Below are positions 13,503 to 26,662 of a stretch of DNA of 41,570 bases, piece after piece. The translations under genes were made by a program, and so were the position numbers. Origin of the DNA: Phoronis australis (lineage: Eukaryota; Animalia; Phoronida); NCBI GenBank assembly GCA_002633005.1, contig NMRA01000891.1, forward strand, positions 1 to 41,570. Direction: 5' to 3'. The stretch's first letter is position 1; each line of letters opens with the position of its first letter. The notes below the pieces were generated by a model. That model did not search any database and was not told the origin of the DNA. It saw only the letters and a list, made by a program, of their open reading frames with translations.

Positions 13503-13618
13503 GGTTTGTCATTATATTCCGTGTATGTTCCGTGTCATCTTGAATAAATACGTACTGCACACGGTAAAAGTAGTGGTTTGTCAATATATTCCTTGTAAAT
13601 TCCGTGTCATCTTGAATA
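13503..13618. repeat. Two-copy ~71-bp tandem repeat
   Basis: GGTTTGTCA.TATATTCC.TGTA..TTCCGTGTCATCTTGAATA occurs twice. Confidence 0.8.
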
Positions 13619-13724
13619 GTTATACACTGTACATGTATCACAGTAAACAGTAATGGAATAGTGTACAATTGGAGAAAATCGTCCCTGAAATAAGAATGAA
13701 TTCTTGTAGCAAGTGTCTCAATAC

Positions 13725-14029
13725 CAGGGATAATTTTGAACTACGCCTTTGCGCCAGTAGCGAATGGAAAAATAAAAAGGGCACAATTACGCTGCAGTAG
13801 TGCGCTCCCGGGGACACCTTTTAAAATGCATGAATTTCCCAAATGCACAATTCTATTCAACATAGTGGTGTAAAGTACAGGTATGACTGTTTTTATTTCG
13901 ATTGTTTCCGTTTCAAATGTTACTACTTTAGTTACACTAAGGTTGCTGGACAAAAGTTTTTCAAAAAGGCACATCTTTATCACCGGCTGCAACCAGAGGG
14001 CACACGAGTTCAAACTTGGACAATCCCTG
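13725..14029. mobile_element. 305-bp hAT-like MITE with 6-bp TSD
   Basis: Termini CAGGGAT..TTTGAACT / AGTTCAAA..ATCCCTG; flanks CAATAC and CAATAG; a paralogous empty site with a single CAATAG lies at ~15902. Confidence 0.7.
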
Positions 14030-14547
14030 CAATAGTGTCTTGAGCAATAGAGCGCGCCTCTGTGAAAAGAAGTGAAGGAACTGCGTATTAAATGCCACAA
14101 GCGGATTATCTGACACACCTGGAGGCCAAAAACTTCTGCTGCAGAACTAAACTTATTCCGAAATTGATTTCAATCACTGCAGCACTGGGTCGCAGGCGCA
14201 GGTTGGCGCACCCAACAACCTTTTGTCATTTGAGCGTGGTGCCTACTCACCGTGAGTTACACTCAGTGATCAAGGTAATACGGTGGGGTTGGGCGCCTAC
14301 TTACCTTTATATTTACCAGCACAGCACTTTGTTTTAACCTACCTCTCCAGCACCTACAAAACTAGATAAAATTTAGAACTATTTCAAATGCATTCATTCA
14401 TCAATATGCTACTTCCAAACCAAAAGTATTGCTAGCTTTCACCAGATCCGTCTTCCAGCAAACTGGTGCTGTTTAATCTTTCATAGATGCATATCTGCAT
14501 TTAAAAACCCGTGGTGTTTAAAGCCATGAGCCTGTAGCAACACTCAC

Positions 14548-14796
14548 TCGTTTTAGCTGTCATCGATGTTGAAACTGCGTCAGCCCATCCTGCCTTGATT
14601 GTTCTCACAATAACAACGTACTCAGTTCCAGGAGTCAAGCCAGTACAACGTTTGTTGGTAGCAGTCTTATGTGCACTGAAGTAACGGTTGTTGCAAGACA
14701 CTTTGTAGCTGTCTTTGTCTCCAGCTGCCTCTGTCCACTCGACAGTGATTGTCGTATCACTTCCAACCACATTTGTAATTTTAGCTGGAGCCAGTG
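14548..14796 (-). CDS. Fibronectin type-III domain exon (249 nt, phase 1-1)
   Basis: Acceptor TTTGCAG, LAPAKITNVVGSDTTITVEWTEAAGDKDSYKVSC...CTGLTPGTEYVVIVRTIK...AKT, donor A|GTGAGT; canonical FN3 W, Y and LxPGTEY motifs. Confidence 0.92.
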
Positions 14797-15981
14797 CTGC
14801 AAATGTAGAGACAGGAGCGAAAAATGTATAGGAGAACAACTCACAGCACTGGTTGGCGACTACCGTGTGCCATTAGATACCAAAACTTTAAAAATGATCA
14901 TTTTAAAATTTTCCCCAAAGACAGAGCAATACTAGTAATATTAAAGGGCAAGCAAAAGAAAATCGTCTATAACTGAATTTTACGAAGTTTGATTAATCAG
15001 TTTGACAGATTACAGTGTTGATGTCAAATATTGCAAGTGAATGTCAGTGGTGGCATTTGTTTGAAAGTTAAAAAACGTATTTTCTGACTTGTACTTTATC
15101 GAAATGTTTGGACATATCTTTGCACACCTAACGCAGTACTTACTACAATTCCATATAATGCTTTTAATTTCCAGGCAGTAATTGTATCATTTCTTGTTTG
15201 TTGTGTTATTCTTAAAATGAAATGAAGAATGCAATAGAAAAATTCTATAAGGAATGCAGCCAGCACCAAATGCTATGTTGTCATATCGAAGGCACGGCAA
15301 CATTCATGTGAGAGGCATGGATTACAGAAAAAACTTATTTTTGTATCTGCAAGTGTATTTATATACAAGAACTGTAGAAGGACAATCTTGTGAAATGTTG
15401 CAGCAACCGATTGTGCGTTTTAAAATTTNGCCGTTATAGACTGTTCAAAATCTAAAACTGTTAAAACACTTCCAAGTTTGTTGATTTTCTAACTAAAAGA
15501 ACCAAGGTATTTTTGAATCGAAAATACATTTAGTACAGCCCTCTCAAGTATGGCAATCAGGAGTAGTTGTGGTTGATTTTTACTACGCGCTAGTCACGTT
15601 AAAGTACCTGAACAAAAATCTATGAATTCAGGCCTGTGAGTACTTGACTGAAAACGAAAGTTGGCCAAAAGATGGCGTTTAAAGGACAGGACCCGAGGAA
15701 ACTATGGCTAATTTTAGCCATTCAGTACTTGCGGGCATTAACGTGTTCATCGCAAGCAGAGCAGTCGCGACTCGAAAACAGAACAGACTGATCAATCTAA
15801 TATGGTAAAGTAAGTTCAATGTTCATGAATGTAATGAAATACAATTGGAGGAAATCATGGTTTCGAAGTTCCCTTTATATGGATTCCTGTAGCAAGTGTC
15901 CCAATAGTGCCTTGAGTAACAGAAAGGGAATCTGGGACTACTTATTGTACATGTATGTAGACAGCATATATCAATTAACAC

Positions 15982-16232
15982 TGTTTTAGCTCTTGTCTTA
16001 TGGGACGGCCTATCATTCCGTCCTGCCTTGGTAGTATTTACTGATACAAAGTACTCTGTTCCCGGAGTCAAACCAGTACACCGCTTGTTGGTAACACTTG
16101 GGTCAGTTACATGTATGCTATAGTTACCGCAGATAACTCTGTAGCCGTCTTTATTTCCAGGTGCTTCAGACCAACTGACATCAATTTTTGTCTCATTTTC
16201 AACTATATTGATATCAGCAACTTTTGTCAAAA
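15982..16232 (-). CDS. Second FN3 exon, paralog of 14548-14796; splice donor doubtful
   Basis: Acceptor CTTCCAG, LTKVADINIVENETKIDVSWSEAPGNKDGYRVIC...CTGLTPGTEYFVSVNTTK...AKT; followed by GTGTTA in phase 0. Confidence 0.85.
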
Positions 16233-16254
16233 CTGGAAGGGTAGATACATAAAA

Positions 16255-16279
16255 ATATATATATATATATATATATATA
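16255..16279. repeat. (AT)n microsatellite
   Basis: About 12 AT units just upstream of the FN3 acceptor. Confidence 0.95.
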
Positions 16280-16312
16280 AACAATGGATTTCCGTTTCCA
16301 TTCTACACCCAT

Positions 16313-19222
16313 GTCGCCGTGATTTGGACTAGCTGTCGTATGTTCGCCAAAATATGATTTCAAGAAATACAGGACGTCCATATACAGGATCAGGGTTTAC
16401 AGGTACTTCAGAAAACTTTTAGGTATTAGTCCAAGACGGTACAGTAAATGTAATTTTCACACACCACTAAAACTATTCATGGACGACAAACATTTACTTT
16501 GATACTGTTTTGCGATATTCAATTGTAAAAACAAAAACGATAGTAGTTCTTGAACAGTTTTCACATGCATCTTGGTTTTTGTCAAAGACTTTTCATAAAA
16601 CGCAGCTGATACGGTTTCGTCTTAAGAGTGCAGTACACTTCAGACCACGCAAAAATCCATACAGGGGTGATAAATCCTATGTGACGGATACTGATCATAT
16701 GCATTTTGTTTACTTTCTATTGGTAATTACTGAAATGCACTTTAAACAAATTCTACCGCGTTAGGTAGTTTAAAAGTTGGGTACCTCAGTTTTCACGGAA
16801 ACGACTTTCAGAACTCACCCCAATAATCACAGTTTTTTGTGACACTGTAAGTATTTACAGAAGCTACTAGAAAATGTTTTGTATAAAGTCACCCGTTGTC
16901 TTCGTAAAAATGAAAAATAAAAGTGTCAAGTTGCACCATTAATTCCACATTTCGGGTTTGAAGGGTCACGGGGTCATAGAAGCAGAAAACATGGAAAACT
17001 TGCCAAGAATTGAAAGAGTCAATATCAGCTGAAGCCAAATGTTACACTTTGAAACTTAATCGTGAGTTTGATCTATCTTAGTAAAATAGATATTTGGCAT
17101 CAAATCCACCGGCAAACACATGTCTTCATATAGTAATGAGCAATTGTTCACAGGCACCTCAGTCAAAGTGAGCACTTGTAACAGTCATCTAAAATGTTGA
17201 GTTTTGAAGACTAAAAGTGCTCAAATGGTTGACAAAAATTTTTGGGTTGATTTCTTATGAAATAAAATTCAATAAAATTAGAATTTTTGTTGTTTTTTTC
17301 TATATTGTGAATTACTATTTTGTAGAAAAGCCCTTGAGGTGTCTCTGATATCACTGAATAAAAAATAACTCGTGGGGTGGGTGAAAAGTTAATAAAGTGT
17401 GTTCGTTGGCATCATTATATCATTCAAATCTGTTTTGTGGAGCTTCAAAGGAATACCGAAACCATGCAGCAAGCAATTGAAACTCATTACAGCAAGTCCG
17501 TAACAAGCCATTTGAAATATGTTAAAGTCACTGACCCAGTCCCTTTCAGTTACAGGGTGCATGGTCACGGTAGTTCTTTTAAGGGTTTCCTTCAGTTCCA
17601 GTGACCCAAACCTCTTCTTTTTAATGCATGTCAGTGCAGTGGCTCATGCCTGACCGGGATTCTCAACCATAGACTTGAGGACGCGATCTGTCCCACGAAT
17701 AAGCTTGTCTGCTTGCGGTATTGTTGTGGTTCCACATAGAGGCTGGACAGTTCTTCTAGCACATCGTGCATCAGCGCAAGATTCGGTTGAAGGTGGAACT
17801 TTCCAAGTATCACAGTAATCCTAAACAATTACTCCAATCACTTGAATGACGGTTTCTGTCTTCACTGGCTAACTCTAAGGCAATGGCATGTCAAAAGTCT
17901 AGGGAAGTGTTCGCGTAATCTTGTTGCAACTCCAGAATGTTTTCCTGTCAAGACACTGGCTCTGTCACTTGCAAATGCAACGAGTTGCTCTTGTAAATTT
18001 TCCATCGTAAAACCACAGTGTTGTAGACTGTTAACTATGGACGCTTCAATGGATTCGGCAGTTTGTTGTTTAAGCTGGGCAAGGTCAAGCATTATAAAAA
18101 GTGGATCGCTACCACCAATAGATGCTCTTGTGTAAATGATCAGTTCGCTTAATTTGCTTACCGTTGTCGCTTCATGGACTAATACAGCTATCTTGCTATT
18201 TTCTGCCATGACTGTACAGACGATTTTTTCGCGCATTTGCTTAGTTATGTGCTTGATTATGGACGTTGCACTGAAACGAGAATGGAGCGTAACACCTAGA
18301 TTCAAACCACTCAGTTTTTGAAGGTTTATGAGATGCTCCTAATCGGTGAACCGACGATTTAATTGAATAAGTGAATATGCTGTTCTGAAGACGTTTTCCG
18401 TTGTGTTCTGCTTATGAGCTGCAACTTTAACCAATGTATTTTCAATTGCTCTTTTACTTTTCGTTTCGTCAATACTTTGAGCAATGTTGTGGGCTTTAGA
18501 TATCATATGACGACTGATTTTACTCTTGAACGACTTAAGTTTAGCCAGTCGGGAATCTCCGGCTGCTTCTATCAGAAACTGTGTCCACTCCAAAGATATT
18601 GATACGCCACTTTCTTCTATCAAACACAGGTCTAGTACAGTATAGCATGAAACGCAACCCAGCTTTCCATCCTTGTGTCCCAACCAGGGATACTTTTTCT
18701 TGAATTCCATCCCTGATCGTAATTCCACACGCCTGGCCACTGTGACGAGTCATTATCTGGATCACCTGCTGATAATTCCGTTTCAGACGTGGAGGGATCC
18801 GTTTCAGGAATACTAGTCAGCAAATGAGTCACTTTCAGGAGAAGGATTTGGTCCCGTGCTTTCTTCTTAAAATGTTTTAATACCGATTGGCAACCAGCCG
18901 ATTGTCGTTTCAAAGCGGCACAAAAATTAAAAGCCCTCAATTAAACTTATAATTCGGCAGCAGTGGTTCGTTTCGTTTGGACGAGTCCATTGCAATGACC
19001 AGCTGCAGGAACCGTGTGCACTTCAAAGAGCAAAGTAAGACTGGTGCTGTTTTTGATGTTTGCTAATACCTCATCGAAGCATGCCTGGTGGTCACGCGCG
19101 CCAAAATGTTCGGCAACAATGCTGTCGTCAGCGTAGCAGCTAATCGTTTCAATACTACGCCCCACTTAACCGTCATGTAAGGCGCGTTTAGGCGCTACCT
19201 TAAAATTTAGAAAGGGGGTTGG
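16313..19222. repeat. Segment A: internally deleted duplicate of 19224-28812
   Basis: 16313-17555 matches 19224-20654, and 17553-19222 matches 27139-28812; the copies are joined at N19223. Confidence 0.92.
17553..18940 (-). pseudogene. hAT transposase pseudogene (ZNF862-like), copy A, 3'-truncated
   Basis: IAVLVHEATT (decayed DESTT), FASDRASVLTG (SDGA motif), LLTCHC, LALMHDVLEELS; several stops and frameshifts. Confidence 0.9.
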
Positions 19223-19737
19223 NGTCGCCGTGATTTGGACTAGCTATCGTATTTTGGCCAAAATATGATTTCAAGAAATACCGGACGTCCATATACAGGG
19301 TCAGGGTTTACAGGTACTTCAGAAAACTTTTTACGTATTAGTCCAATGCGGTACAGTAAATGTAATTTTCAAACACCACTAAAACTATTCATGGACGACA
19401 AACATTTATTTTGACATTGTTTTGCGATATTCAATTGTAAAAATAAAAACGAAAGTAGTTCTTGAACATTTTTCACATGCATCTTGGATTTTGTCAAAGA
19501 CTTTTCATAAAACGCAGCTGATACGGTTTGGTCTTAAGAGTGCAGTACACTTCAGACCAGGCAAAAATCCATACAGAGCTGATAAATCCTATATGACGGA
19601 TTCTGATCATATGCATTTTGCTTACTTTCTTATGGTAATTACTGAAATCCACTTTAAACAAATCCTATCGCGTTAGGTAGTTTAAAAGTTGGGTACCTCC
19701 GTTTTCACGGAAACCACTTTCAGAACTCAACCCAATN

Positions 19738-19855
19738 ATATAGGGGGCCCCGCTCTCCGGCTTCCTTTCGGCGGGGCCCCCTATATTAATATAGGGGGCC
19801 CCGCTCTCCGGCCTCCCTTCAGCGAGGCCCCCTATATTAATATAGGAGGCCTCGC
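19738..19855. repeat. Palindromic 51-bp minisatellite (about 2.3 visible units)
   Basis: Unit ATATAGGGGGCCCCGC-loop-GCGGGGCCCCCTATATTA; starts at N19737 and is absent from the paralogous site at ~16824. Confidence 0.9.
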
Positions 19856-21539
19856 TTTTGAGGTCCAAAATTCAATTTTTGCCTATGTCATTTTAATAAG
19901 AATAAGTCATTTTAAATAATAAGCTGTTCACAGTTTTTGTGACACTGTAAGTATTTACAGAAGCTACTAGAAAATGTTTTGTATAAAGTCACCCGTTGTC
20001 TTCGTAAAAATGAAAAATAAAAGTGTCAAGTTGCACATTTAATTCCACATTTCGGGTTTGAAGGTTCATCGGGTCATAGAAGCAGAAAACATGTAAAACT
20101 TGCCAAGAATTGAAAGAGTCAATCTCAGCTGAAGCCAAATGTTACACTTTGAAACTTAATCGTGAATTTGATCTATCTTATATTTGGCATCAAATCCACC
20201 GGCAAACACATGTCTTCATATAGTAATGAGCAATTGTTCACAGGCACCTCAGTCAAAGTGAGCACATGTAACAGTCATCTAAGAAGTTGAGTTTAGAGAT
20301 CTAAAAGTGCTCAAATGGTTTACAAATTGTTGGGTTTATTTCTTATGAAATAAAATTCAATAAAATTAGAATTTTTGTTGTATTTGTCTATATTTTGAAT
20401 TACCATTTTGATGAAAAGCCTTTCAGGTGTCTCTGATATCACTGAATAAAAAATGACAGGTGGGATGGGTGAAAAGTTAATATAGTGTGTTCGTTGGCAT
20501 CATTATATCATTCAAATCTCTTTTGTGGAGCTTCAAAGGAATACTGAAACGGTCCAGCTACATGTAGCAATTGAAGCACTAACTCATTGCAGCAAGTCCG
20601 TAACAAGCCATTTGAAATATGTTAAAGTCACTGACCCAGCCCGTTCAGTGACAGTGCTGAAAGTGGCAGCTGATTTTTGCCAGAGTCAAAGTGGGCTTGT
20701 TTACAACAGTGTGCCAAAAAACTGTTTGTTCAAATCATCGAGCTCAGCTTGGAATCAAATGGAGGCCAAGTAAAAGTAAGATATGTGCCCACTTTCAACA
20801 TCAGAAAGGCTCTAAACACAAGACCAAGCTTGAGGTTGGAATGTAAGTGCAAATGCAGTCAACAAAGATTTTCTGGAAGAACAGAATGTATCGATTCCAG
20901 TTGGGTCAGGTACGTTGTTATGCAGGTGCAGGACATAAATGCTCTATACCCGTTGATAAGGAATTTGTTTTATTCTTTGCTTTCTCAAGATGCTGACTTG
21001 CCTGGAAGCAATTTAAATTTTATAGAGCCTCAAAGGGCAAAACCCTACATGAAGTAATAGCGACACTTGAGTACTAGAGTAATTTAAGTAACTACTTCCA
21101 GTACAGTCTTAAATTAGTAAAACATTATCAAAAGTTTAATCGTCCTCTACCTAGCTGAAACCAATGTCTCATAGAATTCTTCTGTTCTCACTTCTAATCC
21201 GTCACATCAGTCTATATGTATAACCAGAGATATATATTTTTTACATATTCAATGGAACCATAATACAATGGGGCCTAATTTAACATGGCTAAAGAAATAA
21301 CACTGTTTGTGTCCCTAATATCTGAGGCATTCAACTTCAACTTCAATGATAACCCTAGAGAAAAACATTTCGGGATTGAAAGTACAGCTGTCTATTGGGA
21401 GTTTTGTTATGCCTACTTTCCATAAAATTCTATTGCAGGTCTATGCAGAAATTGTAAGCGTTTATCAAAGAAGTTAGCCACTGTTGTTGAGTTTACTACA
21501 GAAAGAGTACTAGTAAGTAGTTAGTCAATGAATTGGGGT

Positions 21540-24500
21540 GATTGTTACACAAAACTTTTTTCTAAGATTCTTGGTTCCAGGATTAAGTGCATCAACATTT
21601 AATGATAGCAAAACAGTAGTTGTAGTAGATTTTTATTTCAGTTGTATAGTGGTTGCTTACAAACCTCATAGACAAATAAAAATCCCGTGCATTCAGCGTA
21701 TTTTGCGTCTCTGAAGTTTTACTGCACAAGTTGTCCATAGTTACAGGAGTATGTAACTACAAGGTTTGCGCAAATTGCCTCAAAACAGTGCTGATGGGCT
21801 TGTAAACTGCGCATTGACTCAAAAACTGGTGACAGTCTCACAAACTCATCTGCTAGGAAACATTACTGATGGACTGTAACACTGTCCTTGTATTTTCAGA
21901 CAAAACACTTTGTGTGTATGCTGCATTTACTGTCTTGTCAACTGTGTCTCTCAGACAAAGTGGATTTGGCTCCACGCACTGCAATTTTTTGGGTGCATAA
22001 GTTACGTTTTGCGAGTTTGGGCCAGAGCTTGTGAGTCAATGGATAGCGTTAACAGACCTTGAACTATGTTTATGGTGAAGAGTTATGTTCATAAGTGCAG
22101 AATCTGTTTAGTTCTGTGCCAGTTATTTCAGCACAACTGTCAACATTTGAAAATTCCTCTGGGAGGCAAGACTGCTTGTACTCCAAATAGGTCATAGCAG
22201 GATTTTTATAATTGCTCCGGGTTGTGTTAGTGACCACTGAGGCAAATTTTGAAAGGTGCATTTAGCTAAAAATATTGAACATGCAATTGTATTCCTTCTA
22301 GACGGAGAATCATGCACTAAAGCATAAAATTTTCTCAATCAGCATCGTGGCATGAAGAGTGTTGGATCCTGTCTTAACTTCATGGCATTTCGAAGCCGTG
22401 GCAATGCTATATATCAAAATTGATGGTTTTCCAGGGTTTAGTAGTGAACTTACATTTTGATTAATTGACGACACCTTTTCTTTTGAGTGCAGCTTGTACA
22501 CAACAAGGGTTGCATGCACATGTGAGTGGCCATCTTTCCACGCTATTTTGAATGGTGAAAAAAAAACTCTTTGGGGAAAGCTTATTTACGGATTAAGTCG
22601 CATATTTACAGGCAGATTTTTCAAGTGGAAACGAGATGACCAACCATCGTTCTGGCTGCCCACGCCTTTGCCAAAGATCCATAAGTAGAGTCAGTTTCTC
22701 ACTGCTGCATCTGATGGAAGATTCAACCCTGGACCCAGCTTCTAACTGACATCGACGGATTTGCCGAAAGGTCCTAGCGATATTACAAACAAAAAGCCAG
22801 CAAAGCATTATCTGTAACCCATGAATGTATTGCTCCTAGTCATAGTGATGTCCAGAAGAATGTCTGTCACCTCAACAGATTAAATATTTTCCCGTTTAGC
22901 AGCACTCAATCATTATGGGAATCTCGCACAGTTTGATGCCTTTGGAATGAAAAGAATCGCTGAGGAAGACCGTCAATTTGAACTGTGACAAAAGATTGTT
23001 GAGTCAATGGAATTATCACAATGAATGTCAAAAGTAGTCAGACAAAATGCTATTTCCATTTCGTGAAATGTCATCTGTGCTGACTAAAGGTGTCTCCTTG
23101 TACACATAATTTGGTCGCATTTTGTAAATGTGACCAAATTTGTTCTTTTCTATTTACTTGATTTATGGCGTGTAATTTGCCTGTGTCCTATATCAGCCTC
23201 AATGTAGTATTACTATTCTCTAAACTACTTTGGTGCTTGTTTAATGTTTGGCTATCTTATCGTTTTGCTACATAAGTACAGTATGACCTGGTCTGCTGCA
23301 TCTCTATTTCTTACATAATAAACAATAATTTAAATCAGGACAGTTTTTGAATATTGCCCAACTTTGTTCCAAAATCTCTGCAGGATTACCCATGTTCACC
23401 TATATGCAGTCTGAATGTTTGTGTATTTTATTTTCGTTTTGCTGCACATGCATTGTCTTATGATTTTTCAATGAAGTAGCTGGCACTACATGTATCAGTC
23501 TCGAGACGTCTGAATTTTTGGAGTCTGACTGATGGCAAGCACCAAACACCATTGCATACCCATACTAAACTCGGAGTATTGTTGCGCAAAACTTTTTTCT
23601 GAGATTCTTGGTTCCTGGAATAAGTGCATCTTGTCAACATTTAATGATAGCAAAACAGAAGCTGTGGTAGAAAACTTTTATTTCAATTGTATTGTGGTTG
23701 CTTTTAAATCTCGTAGATAAATAAATATGCCGTGCATTCAGCGGATTTTGCATTTTTTAAGTTTTACTGAGCAAGTTGTCCATAGTTACAGGAGTTGCTA
23801 ACTACAAGGTTGGCACATTGCCTCAAAAATAAACATGGCTCGTGGGCTTGTAAACTGCACAATAACTCAAAAACTGGTGACTGGCTCACAAACTCATCTG
23901 CTCGGAAACATTACTGATGGACTATAACACTGCCCTTTTATTTGCGGAATAGACACTTTGTTTATTCTGCATTTACTGTCTGTCAACCGTGTCTCTCAGT
24001 CAAAGTGGATTTGGCTCCAAGAACTGTGGTTTTGGGTGCATAAGTTATGTTTTGTGACATTGGGCCAGAGCTTGTGAGTCAATGGATAGCGTTAACAGAT
24101 TTTCAACTATGTTCATAAATGCACAGTCTGTTTGTTTCTGAGACATTTATTTCAGCACACCATTTGAAAATTCCTCTGAGAGGGAAGACTGCTTGTAATG
24201 AAATAGTAGGTACTCCGAAAAGGTCATAACAAGATTTTTTTAGAATTTTTAAATTTACTCCGGGTTGTGTTAGTGACCATTGAGGCAAAGTTGGAAAGGT
24301 GCATTTGGCTAAAAATATTGAAAATGCATTGTATTCCTTTTACCCCGAAAATCATGTAAAACATAAAATTTTCTCCATCAGCATCTTGGCATGAAGAGTG
24401 TTGGATCTTATTCTAACTTAATGGCTTTTCGAAGCCGTCCCAATGCTATACATGTATGTTAAAACTGATCATTTTCCAAGTTTTAGCAGTGAACTCATAT

Positions 24501-25612
24501 CTTGATTAATTGACGACACTTTTGTTTTGAGTGCTGCTTGCACACAATGATGGTTGCAAGCATATGCGAGTGGCCATCTTACGAAGCTATTTTAAATGGT
24601 GAAAACAAATTCTTTGGTGAAAGGCTGTTTATGGAAAATATAATTCTTGTGTTTAAGGGTTAAGTTGCATATAATTCTATTATTTACAATCAAAATTTTC
24701 TATTACAGAAGAGGGGGACCAACCATGATTCTGGCTGCCCATAACTTTGCCAAAGATCCATAAGTCGAATCAGTTTCTCACTGCTGCGTTTGGTGGAAGA
24801 TTCAACCCTGTTAGGTCCCAGCTTCTAACTGACATCGATGAATCTGTCGGAAGCTTCAAAGATATGTTACAAACGGAAAGCCAGCAAAGCATTATCTGTA
24901 ACCGGTGAATTTATTGCTCCTGATTAGAGTCATGTTCTGAACAATGTCTCTCACCTCAACAGCTTAATTTTTTTCGTGTTTAGCTGCACTCAATCGTTCT
25001 GGGAAACTCACACAGTTTGATGCCTTTGAAATGAAAAGTTTCCCTGAGGAATATCGTCGATTTGAACTGCGACAAAAGATTGTTTAGTCGATAGAATTGC
25101 CGCAGTAGCGCATTTCATGTATACACGACTCGGAAACATTTGAAATACAGTTTGTCAAAAGTATTCGGACAAAATGCTATTTCCATCTGCACTGACATTT
25201 TGTAAATGTGACCGCATTTCTTCTTTTTATTGATTTATGTCTGTGTCAGCCTCAATATATTATTACTATTCTCTAAACTACTTTGGTGCATGTTTAGTAT
25301 TTGACTATCTTATTATCGTTTTGCTATATAAGTACAGTATAACCTAGTCTGCTGGGTATCTATGTCTAACATAATAAACAATAATTTAAATCAGGACAGT
25401 TTTTAAATATTGCCCAACTTCGTTCCAACATCTTTTTCGCAGGATTACCTGTGTGAATTCTGAATCTCTGTGTATTTTAGTTTCATTTTGGTGCACGTGC
25501 AGTGTCTTATGATTTTTCGCTGAAGTGCCTGAGACTACATGTATTAGTCTCGAGACTGCTGAATTATTGGAGTCTGACTGTTGGTATGCACCAATCACCA
25601 TTGCATACCCAT
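21540..25612. repeat. Old tandem duplication of two ~2.04-kb units
   Basis: ~21540-23563 is colinear with ~23577-25612 (AAAACTTTTTTCT.AGATTCTTGGTTCC at both starts, CACCATTGCATACCCAT at both ends), with many substitutions and indels. Confidence 0.92.
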
Positions 25613-25638
25613 CAGTGAGCATTATTTTATACTAATCT

Positions 25639-25905
25639 CAGTGGCGGATCCAGGATTTTGATTTGGGGGCAGGGCACAGGAATAAAAATAATTCTGCCAC
25701 ATGCGCGCGCCCAACGTAAAATGTAGGAATGCAGGGGTCTCAAATTTTTGGATTTGTGGGCCTATTCTTTGTGCATTCAATCCCCGAGCCGCCCTGGTTG
25801 CGCGCATATGCTAGTCAGTAATCCGCACCCCAAACTGTCAAATGGTATCCGGGATAATTTTGAGGGGGCATGGCCAACTTGGCCCCCTCCCTAAATCTGC
25901 CACTG
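25639..25905 (+). mobile_element. hAT-like MITE, family A
   Basis: CAGTGGCGGATCCAG...CTAAATCTGCCACTG; flanks AATCT/AAACT (4/5 match). Confidence 0.8.
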
Positions 25906-26662
25906 AAACTGTGGTAGATGCAAAAAAGCTCTGAACTGAAATCTTGCACGTGAAATACTCGGTTTCCTGTTTTTGATGAAAACGTCTACGAACATTCCGC
26001 AAATACATCTATGCGTTTGCTGATATATAGAGATGCAGTTGTCTCCCAACCTCCCAATCTGAAGCCTATTATTGTTTTTTATTCTACAACAAAAATCGTT
26101 CGTCGGGTCACGATCATCTGACTTGGAGACAATCAGACCCACACATCAAAATTTCAGAATTCGAGTTCGCAGTTGTGTATAACTGAAGACTTATTTTACA
26201 GATTTTTTTATTCAACCATAATGCATTTTGAAAAATGAGTTCATGCACATATTGGCAGTCTTATTATCTGGGTCAAAGGAAACCCACATGCTTTGTTGTG
26301 CTTTTTCAACAAATGTTACTTTATCTTGAAATTTTTATAAAATGTCACTACTAGGTGAGATTAATTCACTACGTATTCTTTAAAGACTAATTATACGAAC
26401 ACGATGTTACACAAGCACTGATATTTTAATGAGGCGAACAAATAGAATGTAAAATGTGCACACGTGCATGCGTTAATGTATAATGCACTGACTTGGAGTG
26501 TGGGTTTCTTGCTAGCAACTGTTCTTATTTTTTAACGTTTGCAAAATACCAGGTACTAGTGACCAGTACAAAGATAGAGTGCTTTGTTACGGAATCCTCC
26601 CCAAACTTATTTTATAATCCGTTCTGTTCTTTTCCAAGTCACATGATCTCGATTAAGAACTA

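Noticed and set aside
20655-21057. 126-aa ORF, possibly a transposase C-terminal relic
   Set aside because: No diagnostic motif that I can support.
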